Positions 49,612 through 63,597 of a DNA stretch of 64,000 nucleotides are shown in pieces. Source of the stretch: Malacoraja senta (lineage: Eukaryota). The stretch lies in assembly GCA_038087875.1 (NCBI GenBank), contig CM075997.1, forward strand, positions 7,690,001-7,754,000, in the 5' to 3' direction. The notes under the pieces were generated by a model. The model was given only the letters and a program-made list of their open reading frames with translations. It was not told the DNA's origin and did no database searches. A program made the position numbers and the translations under genes. Position 1 is the first letter of the stretch, and every line of letters starts with the position of its first letter.

Positions 49612-51050
49612 TTATAATTTTCTATGTTTCCATAAGACCCCCCTCATCCTTCTAAACTCCAGTGAATACAAGCCTAGTCTTTTCAATCGTTCCTCATATG
49701 ACAGTCCCACCATCCCAGGGATCAATCTCGTGAACCTACGCTGCACTACCTCAATCACAAGGGTGCCCTTCCTTAAATTAGGAGACTAAAACTGTACGCA
49801 AGGCTCCAGATATGGTCTTACCAGAGCCCTATACAACTGCAGAAGTACCTCTCTACTCCTATACTGAAATCCTCTTGTTATGAAGGCCAACAATCCATTA
49901 GCTTTCTTCACTGCCTGCTGTACCTGGACACCAACCTTTAGTGACCGGTGTAGAAGGGCACCCACTTCTCGCTGTACCTCCCCCTTACCTAACCTAACCC
50001 CATTGAGATAATAATCTTCCCCCTTGTTTTTGCCACCAAAGTGGACAACCTCACATTTATCTATATTATTCTGCATCTGCCACGCATCTGCCCACTACTC
50101 AACCTGTCCAGGCCACCCGGCAACCTCCTAACATCCGCTTCACAGTTCACACTGCCACCCACCTTTGTGTGATCCGCAAATTTGCTAGTGTTGCTCCTAA
50201 TTCCTTCTTCCAAATCATTAATAAATATGGTAAACAGCGGCGGCCCCAACACCGAGCCTTAATGCACTCCACTCGCCACTGCCTGACATTCTGAAAAGGA
50301 CCCGTTCACTCCTACTCTTTGCTTCCTGCATGCCAACCAATGCTCTAGCTACGTCAACACCCTACTCCCAATACCATGTGCCTAATTTGTGTCACCAGTC
50401 TCCCCGTGCGGGACCTTATCAAAGGCTTTCTGAAAGTCTAGATACGCTTCATGCACTGGCTTCCGTTCATCCATTTTACTTGTCACATCCTCCAAAAATT
50501 CCAGAAGATTAGTCAAGCATGATTTTCCTTTCATAAATTATATTGATGAACGGATTATTATATCTTTCGGCTCCCTCGTTTTTTCAGGTTTCTAAACAAA
50601 CTAAGACACATCCCAACATGTCCAGATGGTATATCCTTAAAGAGTAACTCGAGTTGTACTGAAACCACCGTCTCTGTGCATATTGTTACTCCGTATAATA
50701 TATCTACTCACACCCGCCCCCTTTCCATTTAGCCAAGCGTTTCATCACGTCCGACCGCACAAACAGACGGATTTTATGAATATATGGAACACGATGCGAG
50801 CGGTCATAATTGAAGCAGGTACAATAACAACATGCAAGAATGTATTTGGCCAGGCATATGGTTAGAAATGATTTAGCTGGATGTGGGACACCATGGGCCG
50901 TATGGGACTAGCGTAGATTGGACATTTTCGCCGGCATGGACAAGCGGGCAAAAGGGCCGCTTTGTGTACTTGGTTGATTGATTGAAAGATACAACATGGA
51001 AACAGGCGCTTCTGCTCACCGAGTCCGCGCCAGCCACCGATCATCCCATA
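49612..51050 (+). repeat. Copy A of a ~1.43-kb direct duplication (copy B 57229-58660)
   Basis: Shared CR1 part, shared CR1/unique junction and shared downstream sequence. Confidence 0.9.
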
Positions 51051-54000
51051 ACACTTTAAAGGCATTAGTCCTCAAGTGGAGTTTAGCAGTTATACTTTCC
51101 ATCAAGTGTACATTTTTCAATCTTTCCCTCCATTGTTGAAAATTTGGCGGCATTTCATTTCTCCATATCACTGTTATCATGTTTTTAGCAATCAACAGCA
51201 TCACCCCAAGCAAATATTTCCGATTTTGAATATCTGTCACTGCTGGAGTGTCTCCTAACATGAAACAAGCCGGTTCCAAAGGTAGATCCACTCCCAGAAT
51301 TAATTTAATGTCTACCTGGATGTCTCTCCAGTATTGGTACAATTTGGGATAATCCCCAAAAATATGTATGTGATCACCGATCTTCCCACATTGTCTCCAG
51401 CATAAATTTGAGGTGTTGATGTACCTTGCCAGCATTAGAGAGGTCCTAAATGCTCTCATTTTAATTTTCCAATCGAACTCCCTCCAAGAGGGGCTGCTTG
51501 TCAGCTTATGGCCCAAGAGACATGTCCTTTCCGATATTTCATCTGTAATAATGATGATACAATGATACAATGATATAATTTAGTTGTTGTCATTTGAACC
51601 TCATTGAGGTTCAAACGAAATTTGGTTTCTGCAGTCATACAAATAAGTAGAAGAACCAAGACACAACACAATTTACACAAACATCCATCACAGCGAATCT
51701 CCTCCTCGCTGTGATGGAAGGCAAAGTCTTATCTCTCCCCTGCACTCCCCATTCTCCTCCCGATGTCAAAGTCAAAGCCCCCGGCGGGCGATGGTAAGTA
51801 AGCCCCGCGGCCATTCAGGCCGCGCCGGGCAATGCAAGGCCGCCCTCCGGGTCTTGATTTTGGAGCCCCCGGTAGCGCTAGCAAGTCCAGCGGCCATTAA
51901 AGCCGCGTCGGGCGATGTTAGACCCCGCTCCAGGTCATCTTCAACCCCGCAACTCGGGCGGGAGAAGCTGCCGTTGCGGGAGCTCCGAAAAGCGGTCTCC
52001 CACCATGGACCCGCGAGCTCCCGATGTTACCGTCCACCTGACCTGCGGCTGGAGCCTCCGAATCTCCGGGGTCGGGTCACAGCCGCGCGTCACCGCAGCT
52101 CTCCACGCTCCGAACTCGGCCAGCTCCACGATGGTGAGTAGTCCGCAGGCTCCGCGACTGGAGCCCCAGGTCGTTCCGGTTGGAGGCCGCTCCACGGTGC
52201 TAGGCCCCAACGACAACGGAGACCCGACAGAGAAAGGTCGGGTCCTCCATACAGGGAAAAGATTTTAAAACTTTCCCCACCCACCCCCACCCACACATAC
52301 CCAGTTTCAAAACCCCCCACTATACACTACACTCAAACGAGACAAAAAATAAAAAAAGACAGACGGACTGCAGAGGCCGCTGCGACGTGAGTCGCGCCGC
52401 CCACCCACCTATAATAATGTTCATTTCCAATTCCCATTTCTGTTTTGTTCCGATAGTATTTCCTTTTTTATAGTCTTGAAGTCCTTGATGTAAATGGGAT
52501 ATCAAATTATTTTGTAACACTCCCTCTATAGTGATCAAGAAAGTATTTTCCAAATTTGAAGATACTCTACATATCTGCTCCCAATCTACATGTGTTTGTA
52601 AGTAGTGCCGTATTTGGAGGAACCTAAAGAAATCCGACTCTGATAGTCCAAATTAATTTTGCAAATGCTCATGAGATTTCAAGACTCCCCTACAAAAAGC
52701 TGGTCCACAGTAATAAGCACTTTATCTGCCCAATTTCTAAATCCCTTATCAATTTTGCTGGGTATAAAATTGGGACTAGCATCTATCTTAATTGCTCTCG
52801 ATATCGAATTAAAAAGATCTAATTGCTTTCTGATAGCTAACCACGTTTTCATCGTGAATTTAATCCAATCGTTATCTACTTTTAATTTTTTCCAATTTAC
52901 TTGAGTTAGAAATGGGAGCCCAGCCAGGGCAATACTAGGACATGCATCTTGTTATATTTTCACCTATCCCGTTTCCTCGTCGTTCGTTAACCATGCTATC
53001 CAGGTTTTCAGCTGCGCTTCCCATTAATAATATTTAAAGTTGGGCATATTTAGGCCCACTTTTTATTTTGATAACAACAGTGTCTTAAGTCTGACTCTGG
53101 GTCTCTTATTTTGGCACACAAATCTTGTTAACTCTTTATCTAACGCCTTAAATGCCGCGCCAGGTACCCCTACTGGTAAAGATTGAAATAAGAAAAGCAG
53201 TCGGGGCAAAATGTTCATTCGAACAACTTCCTCTCTACCAATTAGAGTTAAAGGGAGAATATCCCATCTGTGCATGTCTGCCTTAATTTCCTTGAGTAAT
53301 TTACCATAGTTAGCTTCATACAATGCGGTGATAGAGGAAGTGATGACAATACCTAGATATCTAAAACCCTCCCGAGACCAATGGAACCTGACCTGATCAT
53401 TTAATTGCGAGGGCCACAGACCTGACCGCATCATTGCTTCTGATTTTGAGTCATTTATTTTATATCCCGATATTTCTCCATATTCCTGTAAGACTTGCAT
53501 TAGGCAAGGCACTGAGGAAATAGGATCACTCACATAGATCATAACGTCATCTGCAAACAGTGAATTTTTTTGTTCCCCCCCCCCCCGATCATGTTTAATG
53601 CCCTCAATATAGTCATCTTGCCTAATAGTTTCTGCGAGCGGCTCTAAACATAAGTCCAAAAACAGGGGACTCAAACTGTCTCCCTGTCTAACTCCCCTCT
53701 TTAATAAAAAAAAAACTCTGAGCAACATCCATTTACCCTCACTCTTGACTTTGGATTTAAATATAATGTTTTCACCCAATGAATAAATTTTGTGTGGAAC
53801 CCCATTTTATCTAGTTTAGATTCAAGATAGACCCAAACTTTTTTATCGAAAGCCTTTTGAGCATCTAAACTTAATAGCATTGAAGTCTGATGCTTCCTTT
53901 TTGCACATGTTATGACATTCAGGACCCTCCTAATATTATTGCCTCCCTGTCTACCCGGTATGAACCCTGTTTGATTAGGATGTATTAATTGTTTTATAGT

Positions 54001-57000
54001 TTTTTGGGTTATCTTGGTTAATATAGCACTGAGTATATTTAGATCATTGCATAAGAGACTTATCAGTCTGTAGCCTTCACATCCTGTGGGATAATTCCCT
54101 TCCTTGTCAATAACAGAGATTATAGCCACGGCCCATGATCTCGGTGGGTTACCTTCAGCCAAGGCATAATTATAGACTCTAGCCAGAATCGGAGAAAGCT
54201 CGTTCTCAAAACATTTATAAAACTCTCCTGGAATCCCATCCGTCCCTGGGGACTTATTGTTCTTTAATTTTTGTATTACTTCTTTTATTTCCTGCTCTTC
54301 TATTTGTGTTGTCATATTTCTCGCTTCTTCCTGAGAAAGGCAGGGCATTTTTAATCCAGAAATGATAGTTCTGATCTTTTCCTCTTTATCTATGATTTCA
54401 GGAGAGTCGTATATCTGTTCATAGAAGGGTGCAAACGCTTCTGTGATTTCTCGTGGTTGTGAAACTAAATTTCTAGAGAACGGATGTAGAACTTTGGAAA
54501 CTACTCGATTAGCTTACTCCTTCCGCAACTGAAATGCCAGAAGGCGACTAGCACTATTTCCCTTCTCATAGTATTTTTTTATTTAAGAATCGACGGGCTC
54601 CTTCCGCTTTATATGTTAGAAGCTCTTCTAACTCATGTCTTTTTTGTTTGAGTTCCTTTAACAGATTCTTGATTCTATTGTTATTTTTGTGTTCTACTTC
54701 TAATATCTTTATTTTACTTTCCAAGTCAGATTGCTTCTTCAACCTATTCTTCCATACTCTACTCGATATTTCAATCGTTTTGCCCCTTATTACTGCTTTT
54801 GCACCATCCCAAAGAGTGGATAATGTTACTTCACTATTGTCATTGTGCTCAAAATACTCTTTAATACAATTCTTAATTTCCTGTGTCACTTCGTTATCTG
54901 TCAATAAAGAAACGTTTGCTCTGCAGTATTTAAAACTCTTTTCGGTTCCTAACTCCAAGGTAAGGATTATGGGCGCATGGTCACTGATTGTTATTGAACC
55001 AATTTTACAATCTACCACTTTATATATATATTGTTTGAGAACACAAAGCATGTCTATATGTGAGTAACTCCCGTGCACGTTCGAACAGAAACTATAGTCC
55101 CTCCCCCTTGGATTTTTATATCTCCATGAGTCTAATAATCCTAACTCCCCTAGCATATTATTTAATATTTTGGTTTTTATGTTTGGTTGTACTCATCTGG
55201 TAATCTATCCAGCCTCCCATCAAGGCCCGCATTGAAATCACCACCTAGTATTATCATACCTTTGGCCTGTTCTGCAATTATATTTGCAATGTCTCTAAAG
55301 AAAGAATAATCATCATCCGTTGGTGCATAAATATTTATAATCGATACTACCATCCCACTTATTGTACCAATTACCATTACATATCACCCCAATGTATCTT
55401 GGAGTACGTTTTTACAGAGAAAACTACATTTCTATTGAAAAGGATAGCCACTCCTCTCCTTTTCCCACAGGAGGTACTAAATACCTCACCAACCCACTCT
55501 CTTCTAAGCTTTTTATGTTCAGTTTCCACCAGATGCGTTTCCTGAATCAATGCAACTCCACATCCTAAATTTTTGAGTTGGCTCAGAAATGTTCTCTTCC
55601 TTATGGGGTGATTTAAACCGTGGACGTTATAACTTACTATCTTTAAATTGGTCATTATCCCACGTTGTGTAATCTACTAGTTGCTTTCTATACCATTTTT
55701 GTTTCTTGCTCTGGTTAGCCTGTGAATATCCGCTGTACTCAAAATACAATTTACTTGGGTGCGATGTAACAATAAAAACATTTGCCAAACTAACAAATCA
55801 ATAAACAATAAACAAATCATTAAATCAATATACAATAAAACTTTACACATAGGAGAAAAAAATTGTAAAGAAAAAAGGGACTTCCTACCTAACAAACCCA
55901 TCTGGACACCCTGAACTAACTGGGTGTACCAGCTCCTCGTAAAAAGGCGAAGAGATGTGACTAGGTCTCTCCTGGGTAGCCCACTTATGCGTGGTTGCAA
56001 CTACAGTAAGGTTGCTCTAAATTCCACTCTGGGACTTTTGAATTACAATTATAAACAAAAATAAATGGCAGGTATTTCCCCCCCCCACCAGAGAGAGCCC
56101 CCCGCAATCCCTCTCTTTGATAGTACATTTACATCAAATAGAAAATATAATACATTACAAAACCAGCCGTATATGTGCTGTAAAACGTGGCATAATTACC
56201 CTTCATCAAGACAACAAAACAAAACCAGAGAGTATATGTACAAACTATTTACATTATTATTTGTCTCATCTTGTACTATTATCTGATTGTATAGATGTTA
56301 ATTCTCCACTTCATTAAATCAATGGCCTCTTTCAGACATTTTACCATTTGCGCATATGACCCACGTTTCTGTGGTTATTTCAAACCTGTATATAATCCAT
56401 CTCCTATGATACCATGTATGGTGCGAAGATCTTCCTCTGACAGATTTGCCAATCCTCTCTGGCCGCTTGCTTTATTCGTCCCCCCTGACCAGTGGTCTCG
56501 CAGCAGTTCTCTATTCAACACATCTCTGGACTCCGATCTGATGTAAATCCCCATCTTCTCCAGTGTAGGTACTGCCTCAGTCAATGTCCTGAAGGATTTA
56601 ACTCCAGAATCTAGGAAGATCTTGAGCTGTGCCGGGAATGGAGACTTGGCTTTAATATTTTTCTTCCGCAGTTGCCTAATCACCTGTCGTACCTCCTTAC
56701 GTTTTCTCTGGGCTTCTGGCGAGCAGTCTTGATCAAAATACCCTCGGTCCCCATCATATATTATCTTTCGCTGCTTCCAAGCCTGTTGCAACGCGAGATC
56801 TTTCGTATAATAGTCTAAAAATCTGACTATTATAGATCTTGGTGGGGTTAGCTCTGCACTCGGTCTAGCTGCGAGGGACCTATGTGCTCTATCTATATTA
56901 ATAGTTAAATCTTCCGGGAGTTCTAGAGAATTCCTCAACAGTTCATTTACAAACTGGAACATGTCCTTTTTTTCCTTTCCCTCTGTGACTCCATATATCC

Positions 57001-57228
57001 GCACATTTTTACGCCTCGCTCGATTTCCAGGTCCAGGCATTTCTCTGCTAATTTAGCTTCTCTCTGTAACAGGTAATTAATCACTCTCTCGTGTCTCATT
57101 TCCTTATCTTCTGTTGAACTTACTCTGACCTCCATTTCCTTCAATTTTCCTTCCAGCTTTTCCATTCGAGCTGTTAAATCCTTCATTTTATCCTCCACTC
57201 TCGTTAATCTCTGTTTGTATCTTCTGAT
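51050..57228 (-). mobile_element. L1 (different family), truncated at both ends: ORF1 57198-56375, ORF2 from 55655
   Basis: RRKNVRIYG, PRSIIVRF (ORF1); SYNVHG, GGDFN, ISDHAP (EN); KSPGTDG, RQGDSLSP, FADD (RT); CWRQCG...HIFGD. Confidence 0.93.
51554..52408 (-). mobile_element. GC/CpG-rich non-autonomous retroposon with (ATTGTATC)n tail, nested in the L1
   Basis: TSD CTGTAATAATG (51543-51553) / CTATAATAATG (52409-52419); 3' end resembles Rex1-type 3'UTRs. Confidence 0.7.
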
Positions 57229-58660
57229 ATAATTTTATATGTTTCTATAAGACCCCCCCTCATCCTTCTAAACTCCAGTGAACACAAGCCTGGTCTTTTC
57301 AATCTTTCCTCATATGACAGTCCCGCCATCCCAGGGATCAATCTCGTGAACCTACGCTGCATTACATCAATCACAAGGGTGTCCTTCCTTAAATTAGGAG
57401 ACTGAAACTGTACGCAAGACACCAGATGTGGTCTTACCAGAGCCCTATACAACTGCAGAAGAACCTCTCTACTCCGATACTGAAATCCTCTTGTTATGAA
57501 GGCCAACAATCCATTAGCTTTCTTCACTGCCTGCTGTACCTACACGCCAACTTTCAGTGACCGGTGTAGAAGGACACCCACGTCTCGCTGTACCTCTCTC
57601 TTACCTAACCTAACCTCATTGAGATAGTAATCTGCCCCCTTGTTTTTGCCACCAAAGTGAATAACCTCACATTTACCTATATTATTCTGCATCTGCCACG
57701 CATCTGCCCACCCACGCAACCTGCCCAGGCCAACCTGCAACCTCCTAACATCCGCTTCACAGTTCACACTGCCAACCAGCTTTGTGTCATCCGCAAACTT
57801 GCTAGTGTTGCTCCTAATTCCTTCTTCCAAATCATTAATAAATATGGTAAACAGCGGCGGCCCCAACACCGAGCCTTGCGGAACTCCACTCGCCACTGCC
57901 TGACATTGTGAAAATGACCCGTTCACTCCCACTCTTTGCTTCCTGTCTGCCAACCAATGCTCTATCCACGTCAACATCCTACTCCTAATAACATGTGCTC
58001 TAATTTTAGTCACCAGTCTCCCCGTGCGGGACCTTATCAAAGGCTTTCTGAAAGTCTATATATACTACATCCACTGGCTTCCCTTCATCCATTTTACTTG
58101 TCACATCCTCCAAAAATTCCAGAAGATTAGTCAACCATGATTTTCCTTTCATAAATCACATTGACGAACGAATTATTATATCTTTCTGCTCCCTCGTTTT
58201 TTCATGTTTCTAAACAAACTAGGACACATCCCAACATGTCCAGATGATCTATTCTCTCGAGTTGGAGTGAAACCACCCTCTCTGTGCATGTTGCTACTCC
58301 GTATAATATATCTATTCACACCAGCCCCCTTTCCATTTAGCCAAGCGTTTCATCCCGTCCGACCGTACAAACAGACGGATTTTATGAGTATATGGAACAC
58401 GATGCGAGCGGTCATAATTGAAGCAGGTACAATAACAACATGCAAGAATGTATTTGGCCAGGCATATGGTTATGAATGATTTAGCTGGATGTGGGACACA
58501 AGGGGACGTATGGGACTAGCGTAGATTGGCCATTTTCGCCGGCATGGACAAGCGGGCCAAAGGGCCGATTTGTCTACTTGGTTGATTGATTGAAAGATAC
58601 AGCATGGAAACAGGCCCTTCGGCTCACCGAGTCCGCGCCAGCCACCGATCATCCCTTAAC
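57229..58660 (+). repeat. Copy B of the ~1.43-kb direct duplication (CR1 RT fragment on minus + flank)
   Basis: Colinear with 49612-51050. Confidence 0.9.
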
Positions 58661-58900
58661 ACTAGTGCGATGTTATTCACATACACTCCCGTGAAAATTG
58701 GGGCAATTTTCAATCGCAAATTAGCCTCGGATCTCACACGTCAGTGGAAGTGGGGGGAAAGTGGAGTACCGAGAGGAATCCCACGCGGGCTAAAACGTGG
58801 ATACTCTGCACAGATGGTACCAGAGTTTAACATCGAACTGGAGGTCCCGGAGTTATGATGCACTGTGCTGTGGTCTATGACTCTCCAACTCTAACTGCAC
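58590..58900 (-). mobile_element. Old tRNA-derived SINE (V-SINE/HE1-like), decayed
   Basis: GGAGTACCGAGAGGAATCCCACGCGG...ATCGAAC resembles the reverse-complemented V domain and B box. Confidence 0.5.
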
Positions 58901-59314
58901 CGTAAACTTCAGTGCTGCCATTTCGTACAGAGGGATATTATCATGCTGTCCTTGATCAGACCGCTCATTCCTTTACAAACAAGATGCTGGAAGTTATAGT
59001 TGACACGGGGGGTTTCCCTCTCTGTGCATCACCGTGGCCCTGTTCACCAGATTGTGCCCGTCGGATCAACTCCTTCATGCCGACGAAGCCCAACATCCGT
59101 TATTCCCTTTTGCCCGCCTTTATGCCACATCTCTGCAAGCATTTCCTAATCATGTAAATGACCAAGCGCGTTTTGAACGCTGTTACAGCACCTGCCTTAC
59201 CAACCTCCTCTGCTGGCCCGTACAGTACACCCACCATCATCTTTTTTGAAATGTTGCCCCTCGAGTTCTTGATCAATTTTGCCCCTCCAACTTACATCCT
59301 TCGTTCTCTGCTTT

Positions 59315-61597
59315 TCAATATAATTATGGAGAGGGTCAGAACTGGACCTAGGATTGAGATTTTTGATTGGAGAAAGGCTAACTTTGAGGAGATGCGAAAG
59401 GATTTAAAAGGAGTGAATTGGGACATGTTGTTTTATGGGAAGGATGTAGAAGAGAAATGGAGGACATTTAAAGGTGAAATTTTAAGTACAGAATCTTTAT
59501 GTACCTGTTCGGTTGAAAGGAAATAGTAAAAATTGGAAAGAGCCATGGTTTTCAAGGGAAATTGGACACTTGGTTCGGAAAAAGAGAGAGATCTACAATG
59601 ATTATAGGCAGCATGGAACAAATGAGGTGCTTGAGGAGTATAAAGAATGTAAAAAGAATATTAAGATAGAAGTTAGAAAAGCTAAAAGAAGATATGAGAT
59701 TGCTTTGGCAAGTAAGGTGAAAGTAAATCCAAAGGGTTTCTACAGCTATATTAATAACAAAAGGATAACAAGGAATAAAATTGGTCCATTAGAGAGTCAG
59801 AGTGGACAGCTATCTGCAGAGCCAAAAGAGATGAGGGAGATACTGAACAATTTCTTTTCTTCGGTATTCACCAAGGAGAAGGATATGGAATTATGTGAGG
59901 TAAGGGAAACAAGCAGAGTAGCAATGGAAACTATGAGATTCAAAGAAGAGGAGGTGCGGACACTTTTGAAAAATATGAAAACTGATAAGTCTCCAGGTCC
60001 TGACAGGATATTCCCGAGGACATTGAGGGAAGTTAGTGGAGAAATAGCAGGGGCTATGACAGAAATATTTCAAATGTCATTAGAAACGGGAATAGTGCCG
60101 GAGGATTGGCGTACTGCGCATGTTGTTCCGTTGTTTAAAAAGGGTTCTAAGAGTAAACCTAGCAATTATAGACCTGTTAGTTTGACGTCAGTGGTGGGCA
60201 AATTAATGGAAAGGATACTTAAAGATAATATATATAAGCATCTGGATAAGCAGGGTCTGATTAGGAACAGTCAACATGGATTTGTGCCTGGAAGGTCATG
60301 TTTGACTAATCTTCTAGAATTTTTCGAAGAGGTTACTAGGGAAATTGATGAGGGTAAAGCAGTGGATGTTGTCTATATGGACTTCAGTAAGGCCTTTGAC
60401 AAGGTTCCTCATGGAAGGTTGGTGAAGAAGATTCAATTGTTGGGTATTAATGGTGGAGTAGCAAGATGGATTCAACAGTGGCTGAATGGGAGATGCCAGA
60501 GAGTAATGGTGGATGGCTGTTTGTCAGGTTGGAGGCCGGTGACTAGTGGGGTGCCTCAGGGGGTCTGTGTTGGGTCCACTGTTGCTTGTCCTGTACATCA
60601 ATGATCTGGATGATGGTGTGGAAAATTGGATTAGTAAGTATGCAGATGATACTAAAATAGGTGGTGTGGTGGATAATGAAGTAGATTTTCAAAGTCTACC
60701 GAGAGATTTAGGCCATTTGGAAGAGTGGGCTGAAAGATGGCAGATGGAGTTTAATGCTGATAAATGTGAGGTACTACATGTCGGCAGGACACATCAAAAT
60801 AGGCTGTACATGGTATATGGTAGAGAATTGAGGAATGCAGTTGAACAGAGGGATCTAGAAATAACTGTGCACAATTCCCTGAAGCTGGAATCTCATGTAG
60901 ATAGGGTGGTAAAGAAAGCTTTTGGGGTGCTGGCCTTTATAAATAAGAGCATTGAATATAGAAGTTGGGATGTAATGTTAAAATTGTAAAAGGCATTGGT
61001 GAGGCCAATTCTGGGGTATGGAGTACAATTTTGGTCGCCTAATTATAGGAAGGATGTCAACAAAATAGAGAGAGTACAGAGGAGATTTACTAGAATGTTG
61101 CCTGGGTTTCAGCAACTAAGTTACAGAAAAAGGTTGAACAAGTTAGGTCTTTATTCTTTGGAGCGCAGAAGGTTAAGAGGGGACTTGATAGAGGTCTTTA
61201 AAATTATGAGCGGGTTAGACAGAGTTGACGTGGGTAAGCTTTTTCCATTGAGAGTAGGGAAGATTCAAACAAGGGGACATGACTTGAGAATTAAGGGACA
61301 GAAGTTTAGGGATAACATTAGAGGGGACTTCTTTACTCAGAGAGTGGTAGCTGTGTGGAATGAGCTTCCAGTGGACGTGGTGGAGGCTGGTTCGATTTTA
61401 TCCTTTAAAAATAGATTGGATTGGTATATGGACGGGAAAGGAATGGAGGGTTATGGTCTGAGTGCAGGTAGATGGGACTAGGGGGAAGTGTGTATTTAAA
61501 ACCAAAAATTTAAAAAAATGTTCGGCACGGACTTGAAGGGCCGAGATGGCCTGTTTCCGTGCTGTAATAGTTATATGGTTATATAGTTATATGGTTT
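59315..61597 (+). mobile_element. CR1 LINE RT, relatively young, (GGTTATAT)n-tail family
   Basis: 363-aa ORF 59513-60604 (KSPGPD, NYRPVSL, QHGF, DFSKAFD, GVPQG), frameshift to YADDT, then 3' tail. Confidence 0.95.
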
Positions 61598-61713
61598 TTG
61601 ATTCCCATAGCTAACGTAAAACAATGTATGCATTTACCCAGCCTATTCCTCCAATGATTTTACGCACCTCTGCCAGATTTAACCTCTCGGTAGCCTCGTG
61701 CGCTCTGAGGAAT

Positions 61714-63597
61714 TGTAGATTGGTTACTTCACAATAACCAATTGCAGTGTTTATTACTAGAAGGTCCGCCTACCATGCGGTTTATATTATGAGAATTCAG
61801 TTCATACTGGTAGTCGAATAGCTGCTACGCTTGCCTTAACAATATTCTGAAGTGTACTGTGAGTAATCTTTAATAAGTATGTTGTACCATGTTGTGCGAG
61901 TGAGTGGCTCTTGTACATGGTGTCAAGAAGTGGGTTCCTACCCACCCCGCTTTTGAGTATATCGGTTTTTATTTTTCCATCCTGTTTGTTTTGTGTACTT
62001 GTTATCACTACCATGCCTAACGCACTTCGCCGTCCAGATCCTCTGATCTTTGACTCCGACATCGCTGAACGATGGCACCTTCTTCGAGCCCGACTACAAC
62101 CATTCCATTCGTGTTTCTCATCGCAACGATCCACCTGATGTGCGTGCTTCTGCACTCTTGAATCTTGCTGGCCCTGAAGCAATGAAGCGCGCAGAGCGCT
62201 TTAATTACGCACCTGACGTTTTGGACAACAACAAGCTGATTGTAGTGCCTGCAGAAACAACCGAAGACCCAGCGGTTTTACTCGCTAACTTTCAGACTGC
62301 TCCGCGACCTTTAAGCCAACTCCATAATTGAACTAACTTCGTTTTTTGCTCGCGTTCAGCAACAATGCGAACCGATTGAGAGCTTTTTGTGTGATTTAAA
62401 ACACATGGCTGCATGCTGCCGCTTTGGAGATTCATGAGACGAACTCATCCGTGACAAGCTCGTAGGAGGTTTACTCAGGAACAAAGTGCGAGACGAATTG
62501 CTCCGGAACACAGAAATGACTTTAAACCAAGCCGAACATGCTTGCAGAATCGCTGAAGTCACTGCTTCCCACACAAGGTCTGTAGGCTCTGAGCAACGAT
62601 CCCAGTTTAATGTCCATGCTACCAACACCTCCTACCATAGCCTGCGTCCATAACCCACCCCTCCCCGGTAGCCTCAAAGGTCTATTGAACTGTAACAAGT
62701 CCCCTGCTCCAGGTCGAGGATTCTGTGCCACCTACGGCAATATTTGCCACTACTATAAAACAAATTAACCACTTCATGAAATGTTGTCATTCTCGCGTGG
62801 CTAGTTCTTTCCCAAGACCAAATGTGCACCTGTTAAAACATGAACCTACTGATAACGAGTTCAGAGAGCTGGAAGCGCCATCCCCTACTCTCCTCCCTGC
62901 AAGGCACGATAACAGTTCAGACATTCAGTCCCTGCTTCCTTCAACCAACAATCAACTTGACCCCGAAGTCTCTCTGCTCATTAACAACAACATTGCGCTT
63001 GCAAAGCTCGACACTGGTTCGAAATGTAATGTTATGTATTCATCTGATTTTAAACCGATACTGAACATGTCGAAAACACCATGGCTACATTTCGAGCCTA
63101 TGGCGGTGAGGTATTGCACCCACTTGGAGAAACTGAATTGAACTGCAACGACTGTGAACAGGTTCACAAACTAAAGTTCTTCATTGTTCGGGAGGATTCT
63201 GTAACACTGCTTGGCATCAATGCATACCAGGATCTAGGCCTGGTCTCCTTTGGGCCTGCTGTCCATCAAATCTCTTTCATTGAGATTTCAGCAGATACTT
63301 TCACAATACAAAGAACTGTTTGACAACAAGCTTGGAAAGCTGCCCATCAAATACAATATTACCACTGATCCAATTGTCACTCCAGTGGTCTGAGCACCAC
63401 ACCTATTCCGCATGCAATGCGCGACACAGCAATGAGCTCCAGCGGATGGTGTCTCCGGGTGTCATTGCTACGTTTTCCGAACATCTTAATGGGTTTCCAC
63501 CGTGGTGTTGCAACAAAGAAAAACAAGGAAGAAATCCGCATCTGTATCAAGGCCAGAGACCTAAACACAGCGATCAAACGCCCACACTACCTGATAG
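61714..63597 (+). mobile_element. Gypsy 5' portion: LTR 61714-61917, tRNA-Leu PBS, gag from 62013, protease, RT start
   Basis: TGTAGATTGG...TTGTACA; PBS TGGTGTCAAGAAGTGGG (61918-61934); ALLNLAG (gag); LDTGSKCN (protease); IRICIKARDLNTAIKRPHY (RT). Confidence 0.9.

Larger units (their letters stand above)
42534..50535 (-). mobile_element. CR1 3' portion (42534-42830 and 49581-50535) split by an L1
   Basis: GAAACATA tail; RT motifs resume after the L1. Confidence 0.85.

Noticed and set aside
7845..61917. LTRs at 7845-8044 and 61714-61917 as the two ends of one provirus
   Set aside because: They share only termini (TGTAGATTGGTTA...TTGTACA); interiors differ and orientations are opposite
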